Assembly (NCBI GenBank): GCA_965235115.1
Contig: OZ249436.1
Coordinates: 16,866,001 to 16,930,000 of the forward strand
Source of the DNA: Laetmonice hystrix
Taxonomy: Eukaryota
Length of the DNA stretch: 64,000 nt
Direction: 5' to 3'
Below, one piece after another: positions 10,961-33,200 of the stretch (its first letter is position 1; each line of letters begins with the position of its first letter). Both the position numbers and the translations under genes were made by a program. The notes under the pieces were generated by a model. That model saw only the letters and a program-made list of their open reading frames with translations. It ran no database searches and was not told where the DNA came from.

Positions 10961-13397
10961 GATACCAGTCCATAATTGCATAATATCTAAACAATTCGTG
11001 TGTAGAGAGATGCAGAATAAGATAGTAAGTTTAAAGAGACATCAAACTTGCTTTTTTTTAAATGTTAGTTACCAGCTATTTCCATTTGACGCCAGCAATC
11101 TCACCACCAGCAGTAGTACTTAACTAGTACAATGTATATTATATAGATGAAACTGTGCTAGCACCTGGGTACTGCCTAAAGCAGGGATGTGCCCAGAAAA
11201 AATGTGCCGGGTGGTAGTTTTGCACTACAACCGAAGGTGCAAGGTTTTCTGTTGGCAACGGGTGTGGGTGGGGGGCAATCTAATTAAAATTAGATCTCAG
11301 TTATTCCGCATGCACTCCACACTAGGATCTAACAGCATCCCGTATGGGGTCACCTCAGGCTACCCCTTGACCCAGATTCAAGTTTGACATTGAAAATACC
11401 TACGAGCCCACACCCAAGATTTCGTAGGCAGCTCTCTAATTGGCTGAATCAAAAGGTCATTCTGAGGTGACCCCTAATGGGATGTACTTAGATCGAGGTA
11501 TAAAGCACAGGCAGCACTGGCACAGCCTAGAGACATGTGGAATACCAAGATCTAATTTTAATTAGATTGGGATGGGGTGGGGCTATTTTTTTCAGATGGT
11601 ATGCTAAAAATCCTGCCGGGCGGCACGTGAACCTTTTTAGTTTTGTGCCAGGCAGCTAAAATCAGTGCCGGCGGGCCTGCCCAGCATCCCCATGGGAACA
11701 TCCCTTCTGAACTGAAGTCATATATTAGATTTCTGTGGGTAAACATTTCGATTTAGGCCTATGTAGTCTACTCTGGCCTAAAACCATTTTTAAATGTTCA
11801 CTGGAGAATGAAAATGCCACTAGTACCCATCCCTGCCACATCCCCTGGTTCATCCTCACCCCGCCCCAATACGACAGTGCCAACCGGACCGTAGCGGGAC
11901 CGTACTCCACTGCGACCGACTGTCTCCAGTGACCAGTCATGATTTCCCCCCGTACGATGCTGAGGAAAACCTATGACCCAGAAGCATTCCTTCCTGGTAA
12001 AATGGCATTTTATCCCCACTAAGCATCTTTAGCATTCTCTTTTCTCACCTTTCGTCTCCCGTCTTGTTTAGCTACCTTCGGACAAAAACCAGCCCGATGA
12101 TGAACAAAAGCAAAACCCAAGACTGCCAGAATACAGCAATCACTGGTTCCCTCTAACTTCCGGGCCTATGACAAAAGTGTAATCATCAAATAATCTACCC
12201 GTTACAACGTGGTATGCCAAACATCTCTGGCGGTGACTGTCTGAGAGCGTTTTGCGGCCTAAACAGAGGACAGCAAGTTAATCATGGCAGCATGGGGAGG
12301 GGGTCATGCTAACTGAAATTAATTTCGCTCAGTAATTAATTAGTCCGTAAACTGGTCGAGCCCCTTAGCCTGGCAGGTTTGGCTGCTTTTTTGTCGTGGT
12401 AGCACTCAGTCTGCCCCCTACCGGGAACTCAGACCGTGCATACACTCCCTGCTAGGTGGCGCCACCCCCTTCCGGGACAATCCTTGCCCAACAAACATGG
12501 AGTTTTGCTGTGAGGAATGACGACACTGGCGGAGATATAACGCAGGCCACACGGTCCAGTCGAGGGTTGGTCCGTCTCGATCAGCCAAGAGGAACCCCGT
12601 AATTCACTGTCTCGATTGGTACGTTCCAGCCCCAGTCTCCCAGATCGCCGGCCTAGCACACAGTCACAGTCACACGACAGTGAGTGACCATTGCTGACAC
12701 ACAGACACATTCACCAATCACTGACACTGGCTCAAACGTAAAAACAGTGGTTGGGGGTTACGACTACAGTCAATAGAGGGCTTTGCTACAGTACAGTATA
12801 GTCATTATCTTTGCCTTTAGTGGTCTGTTGCACAAACGAAATAAACGCCTATTACTATTACTAATACAATAGTACTATAATTTCAGAAAATTAGATTATT
12901 TAATGAATGAATACAAAACACAATAGAAATAAAGTACGGTACTGGTATCAATGCCAATGGGGGACTTACGCATGCTCAACGGGGCATTCCAGTAATATCC
13001 GCATGGCGGCATCACTGTCGCCCCGGTCCTTTTGGCTACAAATTAGTAGGACGTTAGATAGGACGATGAAATGCTAATCTGTGGCAGGATGCGTTTAGAC
13101 TTTTTATTATGAGAAATAATAACTCGATAGGCTCCACCATGTTGAAGAACTCCTAAACGCACCATAATATTTCATAACAAATAGCTCTATGGCACCCAGC
13201 GATAGATTAGCATTTTGTCGTCCTATCTAATGTCATAATAATGTGGCCCAAGGGGACCGGGGTGATAGTGCTGCCGCCACGCGAAAAAGACGGTACTGTA
13301 AGACAAGTCGCTCATTGGTAAGTCGCTAATTGTAAATTGAGGCCAAGTTGTACTCAAATTGCTAAGACCTAGACCCGTGGCTGCCTTTGATGTAATT

Positions 13398-13540
13398 CTG
13401 GGGCTCGTTTCACTAAGACTGTACGAGCTCATATATGGCCTTATAGCTCGTAAAGAAGCAAAAACTCGTACATTTTGCTATTAACATCTATTGAAAATAC
13501 GAGCTCGTAAAATACAAGTGTTTAGTGAAACGGGCCCCAG
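13398..13540. mobile_element. Palindromic MITE, GGGGCCCGTTTCACTAA family
   Basis: CTGGGGCTCGTTTCACTAA...TTAGTGAAACGGGCCCCAG; related termini at 35339-35850, 38487-38504 and 42826-42944. Confidence 0.7.
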
Positions 13541-13736
13541 GTCCAGTATATTATAACTTGATCGTGCATTAGGGCCTACCAATAATTTAGAGAGCATTAT
13601 ACTCACATTGAAAATGAAAGAAAGGATTTTTAGAATAATAAACTCTGCCAGTTTTGATGAGTTCTGTAACTTCTGTTGCATCTATTAATTGTGACAAGTT
13701 ATGATTGGATTATTTATAGAATAAACATCTGTTGCC

Positions 13737-22570
<8,834 letters not shown>

Positions 22571-24287
22571 TGCTGGGTTTGTGAGGTAGGAACTGTCGGG
22601 TAGGAACTGCCAGGGCCCGATGAGGGTTGACCAGGGGTTGGAGGGGGGTGACCCTGGGTCACAGATCTAGCAATAAAGAGGGTGACACTGTGCGTCACTG
22701 TCATACCAATCAAATATGTCACGTGACAGACGAGGAACGTGTTACTGTGGATATTCTAAATATTGTCAAAATGACTTGAAATGGAGTGAAATATGCCATC
22801 TTCTCTATTCTGTGCGAATGGTTGGATGTGTCCTGGGCCCAAGCTTCCTCTCAGCATTCTGGTTGATCTCGTCTGTTGTGCGAAATGTCATGAAGCACAA
22901 ACTAGTTGTTGATCTGCGTCTCAGCGTCTTTCATAAACCAGTGTTAAGTGTACGTTAGTGGAAACCTTTCCATAATGTAATGGAGTTGTGTGTGGGTGTG
23001 TGTGTACAGATGGTAGGTGTGTGTACGTGTATGCAAGTCAAAACGATGTGAAATGAGATCAAATGTGCCGTACTCTAAAATGTTGTACAATAAATTTTGA
23101 TACCATAATCATAATATATTATGCTGCGTCTTTACCTGAAACCACCCATACCCCCCCCCCCCCCCCCACACCTAAAAAGGAAAACTTCTCTACACTATGA
23201 AGGTCATAATCAAGGCAGTCAGTTTTGCCTGGCGTAAACCAGACTCTAATACAGACTTTGGCCTTTGCATATGGATTATGGAATGCACTATTTGTTCAGT
23301 TCACTACACAACTTGAGCTGTGTATGACCGTCACTGCCTATTGGATATGTGACAACATTGGAATTTTGAAAGCCCTAGAAACGAGTCTGAAACCTTTTGG
23401 ATTTTTGTCATTTTATTTAAGAAAAAAAAGAAAGCTTGACATATATCAGCAAGGAAAAGAAGCCTTTCTACAAGTTGACAAGATACTAAACCGGGGTTGT
23501 TCCCTTGTGATCCATGACTTCACAGACTTGATCCTCGGATCATCTGAGTACCAGCACACGGGCTACGGTCTCACAGAAAGCTAGCAGCCACTCCGCTGGT
23601 CTAATGTTAAATGTACATGACTTAGTAACTAGACAGCTGTACACATTTGGTAAATTATACATTTTGAAAAGTGTACTTTTTTACAATTAAAATTAGTAAA
23701 ATGCCAAAGTTATCTGCAGGAATATTCATGTACAATGATAGATATATAATCTGTATATTAATATAAACGCTTCCAGCATAATGAAGTGACTATCTACAAG
23801 TGAATACCAGCACAGGCCATGGCCGACTCCTGCCAGTCCCCAGAATACCATCGACTACCCAAACATAGCTGAGTAGCTGAACTTAACAGACGAGTTTCAA
23901 AACAGATACCAAAACGTGAGATCTGAGTCTCTATATCATGTGTTTCTCTGTTGTCTGTGTGTCTGACTTCACACAGACAGACTGGCTTTCATCACTAAAG
24001 GTTAAGTTTAGGACATATCTGGGTTAGAAACGAAAACCCGGCAACTCTGAACCCAAGTAGCACCATGCTGAAGCTTTAGAACCACTGCAATTGGAAGTAC
24101 TGAACACTCTCTTTCTTAAAACTTAACTATAGTAGTCACTCTTAAAGAACAGGTCCATGTAGACTGGGGGACCATGTCTCAAACTTCTCTGCCCATCGCA
24201 CTCTGCCACATCAAATCATGATCACGAAAAGTTAGACATTATGGGAACATAGCAATACCTGGCACCCTCTGGTGTCGGGCAAGGTAA

Positions 24288-24452
24288 GGGGCCGTCTATA
24301 AAATTAAATTAAGTAACGCTCTGGGGGGTGGGGGTTTATGTCCAAGCGTTACTCTCCATTATAAAGTTCATTATAAAACTCCAGTGAAAAGGAGGGGGAG
24401 TGGGGTGTCAGATTTTGGACAGAATAGTATTACGTAATTCATGGACGGCCCC
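24288..24452. mobile_element. PIF/Harbinger-like MITE
   Basis: GGGGCCGTCTATAAA...TTCATGGACGGCCCC flanked by TAA on both sides. Confidence 0.75.
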
Positions 24453-25284
24453 TAACTCGTGGATGTGACCAGCTGCACCGACCTACCCATCATCATCGGC
24501 TATGTTCCAAGGCTACCACTAGGGGGCTCGGATGTCACACGAAGCGAGAAATCAAAATGGTGGACGTGCAATTCGCCGTGCCCGCCCAGATTGCCTGGTC
24601 ACACCTTACTGAAACTCTGCAATAACCTGAGTGACGAAAAGTCAGTCACTACAGGCCTAACCCTTCCCATTCCTACTAACTCATGCCAAGGATTTCCTCA
24701 ATATTTCTACCCTGAAAATCGTTGACAACTTTGCTATGAATTACAGTCAGAAAATGACTAAATGATAACGTATAACTGAATTGTTGCAAACTTTTGTGCA
24801 ATGACAAATGGAAATGCAATTGTACAGTGAACTTTTCACTACACTATGAAATTAAGTTAATAAACGCACTACCTTCAGGCCATAACATTAAACAGTGTCC
24901 TTCAACTGATGGTGCTGATTGAATGGTGATCTTCTCATCAAGATAGGATTGTTGACTGTATTCAGATCTATTTCCATGTACGTGTATACATCCGTCTCTG
25001 TAACCTTCAAAATCCACGACAAATGAGAACAATCCAGGGAGTATATAATTACACCACTCTGGGTGTGCCCAAGGCTCTGACAGGTTGGTAATGGTAAACC
25101 AGTAAACTCCACACGGGGCACAACACAACCGAGAATATGTGAATATTTGAGAAGGTAGCAACACTACAAAATATAAGCTCTCCACTCCCTGTACAATCAG
25201 ACAGTCTATCAAAGAGTGACAGTCAAACATAGACACAGAACGTAAACTTTCCTGAAAACTTACTATTCTACTTCATATTAACAG

Positions 25285-26060
25285 CTGAGTCTGATTTGTG
25301 GCATCCACACCTGCCAGCCATGGCTGACATGGCAACGGTTGAATCTGAGTCCTGGCATCACACCTACCAGCCATGGTTGGGTCGTGGCATCCACACCTAC
25401 CAGCCATGGTTGGGCCGTGGCATCCACACCTACCAGCCATGGCTGACATGGCAACGGTTGAATCTGAGTCGTGGCATCACACCTACCAGCCATGGTTGGG
25501 TCGTGGCATCACACGTACCAGCCATGGTTTGGTCGTGGCATCCACACCTGCCAGCCATGGTTGAGTCGTGGCATCCACACCTACCAGCCATGGCTGACAG
25601 GGCAACGGTTGAATCTGAGTCGTGGCATCACACCTACCAGCCATGGTTGGGTCGTGGCATCCACACCTGCCAGCCATGATTGAGTCGTGGCATCCACACC
25701 TACCAGCCATGGCTGACAGGGCAACGGTTGAATCTGAGTCGTGGCATCACACCTACCAGCCATGGTTGGGTCGTGGCATCCACACCTGCCAGCCATGATT
25801 GAGTCGTGGCATCCACACCTACCAGCCATGGCTGACAGGGCAACGGTTGAATCTGAGTCGTGGCATCACACCTACCAGCCATGGTTGGGTCGTGGCATCC
25901 ACACCTGCCAGCCATGGTTGGGTCGTGGCATTCACACCAACCAGCCGTGGCTGACAGGGTAACGGCTGAATCTGAGTCGTGGCATCCACACCTACCAGCC
26001 ATGGTTGGGTCGTGGCATCCACACCTAACCAGCCATGGCTGAGAGGGTAACGGTTCAATC
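25285..26060. repeat. Compound minisatellite of ~31-bp and ~49-bp variant units
   Basis: GTCGTGGCATCCACACCTACCAGCCATGGTTGG alternating with copies extended by CTGACAGGGCAACGGTTGAATCTGA. Confidence 0.92.
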
Positions 26061-27109
26061 ATTTATCTCAGTATAAAAAGTTCAAACCAGCATCATGGCC
26101 GTTTTGCATAAGCATAATCTCAGGGTAACACTGAACCGAGCTGTATTATATGCAGAGTGACCCGACAGAAATTTTCAACGTTCCGTGCAAACACCAGAAA
26201 ACATTTGGTAATCACTTAACAGCTACAAGAGGCTCTTGTAGTCATTTATCCATTCACAAATGGTGTTATTCTAGCTTTGACTTGTTCAAAAAGTAATGGT
26301 AACAAACAGGAGCCACGATAAACTGGCAGCAGACGGTATCAATCATGTTCTCGCTTGACAAGGCATGGCAGCTGCTGCGCCAAAGGTCCTTCACAGCTAG
26401 TATGCTTCAATGATCATGAGCAATATACAGTAGAAACAGAATTGTGTATGGGGAACATGTAATTGCTATATTGGCATTTTTCAAATGAAGGTTGTGCATG
26501 ATATTTACGTTGCCATCAAAGATCATTTGATTACTAGGACGTAGCTTCTAGTTATACTTTTCAATTATACTGCCAGCAGGTGGCAGCAGAGAACTTGTTT
26601 CTGGGTCCGGATCTTTAGGGAGGAGCAACATGTCAGCATGACCTGCTGTTAGGCTGACATTCTGGACAAGGATTGGTATTAGTCCACGGTACGGAACCAA
26701 CTGAAATGTCACGTTTCTGACTTTTAGCAGTGAATACACATACAAGGAAGAAAGTACAGAAGTTGTTTCTACACACTTACCAAAGGTTGGATGATCTACC
26801 TTCAAAATGTTCAAAGACAATCCATCATGGATCGAGGCAATGACTACACCCATCCAGGAGGGTGACAAACCACATGCACTCACCCTGATCTTCACAGATT
26901 CACACACACACAGAGTACAACCAGCATTAAGACAGCTTGCCACTCTGAACGCATCCAGCCACATCGCATTCACAGATTACTGGTTCACAAAGAGGCATGG
27001 TTGACAAGTCTGCAGCTCACACCAACACGAGATAAACATGGCATCTCAATCACGTGACAACACACACCCTCAACAAGACACTGGCGGGCCATATCATGCC
27101 CCACCAACA

Positions 27110-27207
27110 CCTGCTGAGTGGGGCGACGCCCGCCGAGTGGGGCGACACCCGCCGAGTGGGGCGACACCCGCCGAGTGGGGCGACGCCTGTCGAATAGGGG
27201 GACACCC
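27110..27207. repeat. 19-bp GC-rich tandem repeat immediately 3' of the ARL6IP1 stop
   Basis: CCGCCGAGTGGGGCGACAC, about 5 copies. Confidence 0.85.
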
Positions 27208-27212
27208 ACAGT

Positions 27213-30200
27213 TTAGTTTGTCTTGGTCTTGTCTGCCTTCTTCTCGTCTTTGCCCATGAGCAGCCGCTTGACGATGACGGCAGTGGAGTTGGTGAAGCGC
27301 TGAAGGATGCCGTGCTTGCGGAGTCCAGGAAGTAGCATGACGAACACCACTGAAATATGAAAGAGCGGTCAGTTTGACAGACAGGGGAGAAAACTTTTTT
27401 TCACAATCACAACCTCTAGACTCCCTGCACATAGGATATAACTGATATGTGTTGTGAACAATTAAACGATTAAAATGAAAAGCAGCAATTGTGGAAAGGA
27501 CATGACATGATCACAATAAGTGATCACAGGTGGGGCAGTGACAGAGTATAAGGTATCATACAAGTATGGTAATGACTGAGTAAACTATCATACAAGTGGG
27601 GTAGTGACTGAGTAAATTATCATACAAATGGGGTAGTGACCAAGTAAATTATCATACAAGTGGGGTACTGACCCAGTATAGGGTCTCATGCAGGTGGGGT
27701 ACTGACCGAGTAAATTATCATACAAGTGGGGTTGTGACCGAGTATAGGGTATCATCCAGGTGGGGTAGTGATCAAGTATACGGTATCATACAGGTGGGGT
27801 AATGACTGAGTAAACTATCATACAAGTGGGGTAGTGCCTGAGTAAATTATCATACAGGTGGGGTAGTGACCGAGTAAACTATCATACAAGTGGGGTAGTG
27901 CCTGAGTAAATTATCATACAGGTGGGGTACTGACCGAGTAAACTATCATACAAGTGGGGTAGTGCCTGAGTAAATTATCATACACGTGGGGTACTGACCA
28001 AGTAAACTATCATACAAGTGGGGTAGTGCCTGAGTAAATTATCATACAGGTGGGTTAATGACCGAGTAAACTATCATACAAGTGGGGTAGCGCCTAAGTA
28101 AATTATCATACAGGTGGGGTACTGACCGAGAAGATAGGTGAGGAGAAGATTGTCAATGAGACTGCCGACCCAGGCGAGCACTGCGAAGGCCCCCATCATC
28201 ACCAGCAAATACTGAAACACAACGTTACATTTACAAAACCTAAACCACAACCATATTCCTAAAAACTTATATTCACAGTCTAAAAGTTTGCTTACAACCA
28301 CAACAATGATTACATGCCAAAGACTGCAAGATTTGTTACATTTATACAAAAGTCAATTGTAATGTCTCATGACTACAGGTTTCCGATTTTCCTGGTCTTA
28401 ACAAGTAAGCGTCACCCACTGCCTTAGGTTTATCCCTCTTCAGCTTCACCATCGAGGTCTTCAGGTTGATGGTGTGGGTCTTGGCGTTCATGAGACGGAT
28501 ACAGATGGATTCATACTGACGCTCCTGAATCACCGTCCTGAAAGATACAAACAATATGACAGATGGATTCATACTGATGCTCCTCTCTGCTGAAACATAC
28601 ACAGAAACATGATAGATGGATTCATACTGAGTAACCGTCTGACGCTTCTCACCGTTTTCGAAATACTTTTGATGTATGATAAGAAGGTATTTTGACCAGT
28701 TTTGCTACTCAACCGCATGCAGTACCAATTTGAGCATTATGTGATGTAACAGTCAATCAGTTCTGTTCACTTCTGTTCACACACCACTGGTTTGCATTTT
28801 TTGCTGGACATACTGTATAGTACACTTTATTACTTCTATTACCAAAGAAATGTAACTTTCATCAGAAATCCTGTAACTAAGTGCTCTGGGCCTGGTTTTT
28901 TTTGCTTACTTTTCCACCGTGAGAAAGGGTGAGCTGAGCTGGGCAAGGGTGAGCATATGCTCACAGTTTTCACATTTTTTGGGGTTTCCCCCCCCCCCCA
29001 TGAGGCATGCTCGTGAAAAAAAGGATGCTCATGCTCACCCTTGCTGAGCTCAGCTTGCCCTAAGTAAACCAAACCTGGTCCACCAGAATGACAGTAACAT
29101 CCCTAAGGCCAAAAAAAATCCCGGTTTCTGGTCCGTGCGCGCCTCACTTTAGGTGCTGCGCATCAGTGCTTTTTTTCTTGCCCTCACCTTGGATGACTGG
29201 ATGACTGTGAATTGTGCTGCCACCTAGTGGTAAGGCTTGAAACTAACCATTGTTGTAAGGGATATTTCATTAACACTGTAACGGAAGTGTGTTGTAGTAG
29301 TATTCAAAGTGATGACAGCAAAGGTCATGGCCCTTGTTTATGAGTTCATTTTACATGATAATTCTTATGAGGTTTACCATTTTAGCCAGCTGTCACCAAA
29401 AAAAAAACAAAAAACGTGTCACCACACCACTTTTGAAATGTTCTTCGGACCAGAATCCGGGAATTTTTTTTTTGGCCAAACACACTGCCAACTCCAGACC
29501 CCCCCCCCCCTCCTCCACTTGGTTCCCCTTTCCAGTACTGCTCACGGGGGTTTGCTCCGTAAATCAGGACGCTCAGAATCATTCGCCGTGATATGACCCT
29601 GGCTGTTGCAAGGCGTAAAACCCCAAATACCCACCCACCCACCCTGTCCGGGCCCAGCTGTCGCAAGGATGAGGTAATGACCTGGGTGGCCGCCAGGAGG
29701 CTTCTGGAGCTGACCCGCTGACCCCAGAGGTCACTACCTGGGGTCAGCACGCTCCAGGTACAGCTTGTCAATTATGTTTTTCAGTTGATCAACATTACAG
29801 ATACAAGTAAATGTGAGAGTCTAAAACAAATAACACACCACTAGCATTCTAACTGCACACCAAGTTTCTAACAGACAGCCTGTGGCAACGTGCCTGTGCA
29901 TAAAAGAAAAGGTGGACTCAGCCAAAACCCTGGATGACCTACTACGTTTATAACAGCCCACTGACGACACAGCAAACATCCCTGGGAATACCCTGTAATA
30001 GTGTTGTCTGATATTATCAAATCCCCATGGGAAACCCCTGTAACTACCCTACCATGGCCCAGTCCATGCCCCCCCCCCCCTCCTGAGCTTTGCCTAAGAA
30101 GAACCCGGCAACCCTGCCACCGGACTCTAACTTAATCTTCCTATCTGGTATGTCAGAGGTCACCTAGAGGCTGCCCAAGTACCGGCGGTCACCGGGACGC

Positions 30201-33200
30201 TGCCCAAGTACAACCTTGACGGCAGGTCCCTACATCTGACCTTCACCATGAAGTGGCCTACGGAGCTGTTTCCAGCATAGCATCCCATCCCACAACACTC
30301 CGCACCCCCCCCCCCCCCCCCCCCCCCATGAGGCGGCAGACGGCAGAGTAGCAGGAGCCCCCACCCCCATCCAACCCCGCCCCCACCCCAAGGCGCCCGG
30401 CACGGCCCAGGTAGAGCCGGGAGGGATGCTGCCACACCCGATCTGGCCTGCACTCATCTTACACGGCACATACTCTTCCCTCCGCACCCTGAACAGGCGG
30501 GGTGGGTGTTCAGTCACCTTAATACACACTGGGCTGGCGGCAGGGTGGAGGGCTGGCAGTGGGCAGGCGGTGGGTCCGGTCACCTCCTCAGTGTATACGG
30601 GACAGGCCTTGTCCCGCGGGCCCGGTGGACAGGGGTGGATGGCGGGGCCGCGTGTGAATTGGGAGATGGGGGGGGGGGGGGGGCAAAGAAACCGCCCCGT
30701 CAAAAGATGATACTGTGAATTTTTTGGGTCAATTAAATATTTAAAATGGGAAGATTTTGAGATCAGAAAAAAAAGATAACGGCTCGAGATAGCTTTCCCG
30801 GTGAAGTTTTTAAGTGATCTCTGGCTGGTTTTAAGCAATATGATGCAAAGTAACAAGTAACATGTTTCTAGAAACAGGTATAGGATTTGATGAGTTAAGA
30901 GTCCTTCCATCTAAAAACATACATGATGACCCTGTTTGTCTAACAGATCACAAGGCCTGAAATACACAACATCACATGACATGTACAGAGTTTTCCCTTC
31001 ATAAACTCTCCAGGACCAGGTCATCTGTCAACTTTGACCTAGATCTGATCCAGGCCCCGGTCACAGGGTGCCTCAGGCTGAGTGGTCACCTGGACACAGC
31101 CCCCTCCCACCCACACCCACCGATCTGGCCGCCCACTTCTCCCCAACCACTGTCACTTTTTGCTTCCACTATGCTGTCAATAACTTTTTACTTGAGCACA
31201 GAATACCAGCGGTACACTTATTGTGAGGACTATTGTCTATTGTGAGGTTTGCCCGATGATAAATCTTGTGTGCATCCCACTTACTATTTGTTGCTGGTGA
31301 GTGATCCTCTAACTCTGGGAGTCGGTTAGTTGGTTAGACCATGAAATAGTCACTCTGGAACTGATAGCTGAGACTCTGAGAGATACCGCTCAGGTCAGGA
31401 GACTGAGTGTCGACTGCAGATCTGTGGTACGGTCGGCCTCTGGTCGCCGAGAGGGTGGCCGCCAACAAACCTATTGTATTCAGACCAGACACACACAATG
31501 TATGGCCTGCTTCTGACAAACTCAGGACCTGCTCTGGGGAGGACCAATCCTTATAACAACCCCCACCCGGCACCCCCAACCTCCCACACCCCCACCTTGC
31601 ACCCCCTATCCTCACTCCCAACCCAACCCCCCCCCAGTCAGTCACCCCATTATGTCACCTTGTGCCTTCAAGTTTGTACAGCGCAGCTCATTTCAAGTGT
31701 TTTGTGCAGAGCTCCCGAAAAACTGTTGACATGTGACAGGTATAACGTGCGGCTGACGTACACCCAAGTGTGTCATGGGGCCACCTCACATTTCTACCTG
31801 GGATATAATGATAATTCTGACTGGACAGGTTCTTCCAAGGGAAGGCAAGCTTTATTTCCTGCCAAGAAATTGGTCCCCCAATGTAATAACAGATCTGTGC
31901 CAAGGAGCAGAATAAAGTCTCATAAAGGCATCACGTCATTAGTCAGCCTTGGTACAGCTTGCTCTATTTTCTAATGTCATCCTTCACTATATCATTTTAA
32001 GTAAGTCATCCCATCATGACCTACTTAACAAAGTCATCCCATCATGAAAGTAAGTCATCACATCACCATTCAACAACATTCCTAATATAGACTCAATCTC
32101 CTGTGGACTTTTCAGTGACACATTTCAAGAGCTGGTGGACTAAATATTTCTAAACTGAAATACACATAATATTATAAATATTATATAATATTATAAGTCA
32201 CTGTGGTGGGGAAAACGACTGATCTTCTGGCAGGAAACTGACAAACCTCCAACCTTTACCCAGATTGAAACCCAGAGGTACCGGTAAGAGGCCCTGGGGT
32301 CATCAACCACTGGGCCACCGAGGTCCCCTATTCAGAGCTGGATACTGGGCACAGTGTGGGAGAAATCAACAAGTTTCTTGCCTCTCAGGGGCAGTCCAGT
32401 GATCTGCAGCGGCTGGGCATCTTTTGGCAACAGTCTCTGCTGTAGTAAACACACTTGTAGCCAGACTACAGACACCACCCACCTAAATCTGCTTGTCAGT
32501 ATTCCACCCTTTATCTTAAAATGTATTAGAAGGAAATATATGAACTAACCATTCTGCTGAGCTGAAGAAATATGAGCTGATGGTAGGTACGACAAAGTCT
32601 ATGAGGCACAGGATAACTCCGACCAATGAGAAACAGGTGAGAACCGACGGCTCCAGGTACCAGATGATCCTGAAACATAACCATTAGCTGGCAACCATTA
32701 TATATCTCAGGTATGCGGGTCTATACACTTTGTAATTCCAAACAATTTTCAAATGAAATATTGAAATATTGGCAACAATCAAGACAAAATATGCTAGAAA
32801 CCAGAATTTTGGAAACATGAGCCGAAAAAAAAGGTTTGACAAACCAGACAAAAAATTATCTGGGGAAAATGTTCCAGATTATACTTAGCTTCATGAGGTG
32901 GCCTACATTATAGATACACTAATTTGCACCTAGGGTCAATGAATTTCGAACATGCATGTTAGGGCAAATCTCAAAACTACGTTATTTTTCCCTTGTAAAC
33001 CTTGTACCTGTATTTGGTTTGCAGTGTGTCATCTTTAACACAGATATATGTGAATATCTTTTTGTAATATCTTCAGAGTTACTTACGCGAAAATGAGGGT
33101 TATGACCGCTATCAGGATAGCTGGGTAGTGATTCTTTTCCCATTCTAGTACCTTGTTGAGGGGCAGGATGAGCTCACGGTAACCCTCCAAGTCCCGCTTC

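Noticed and set aside
25278..26062. Many overlapping 60-127 aa ORFs
   Set aside because: Artefacts of a stop-poor minisatellite.
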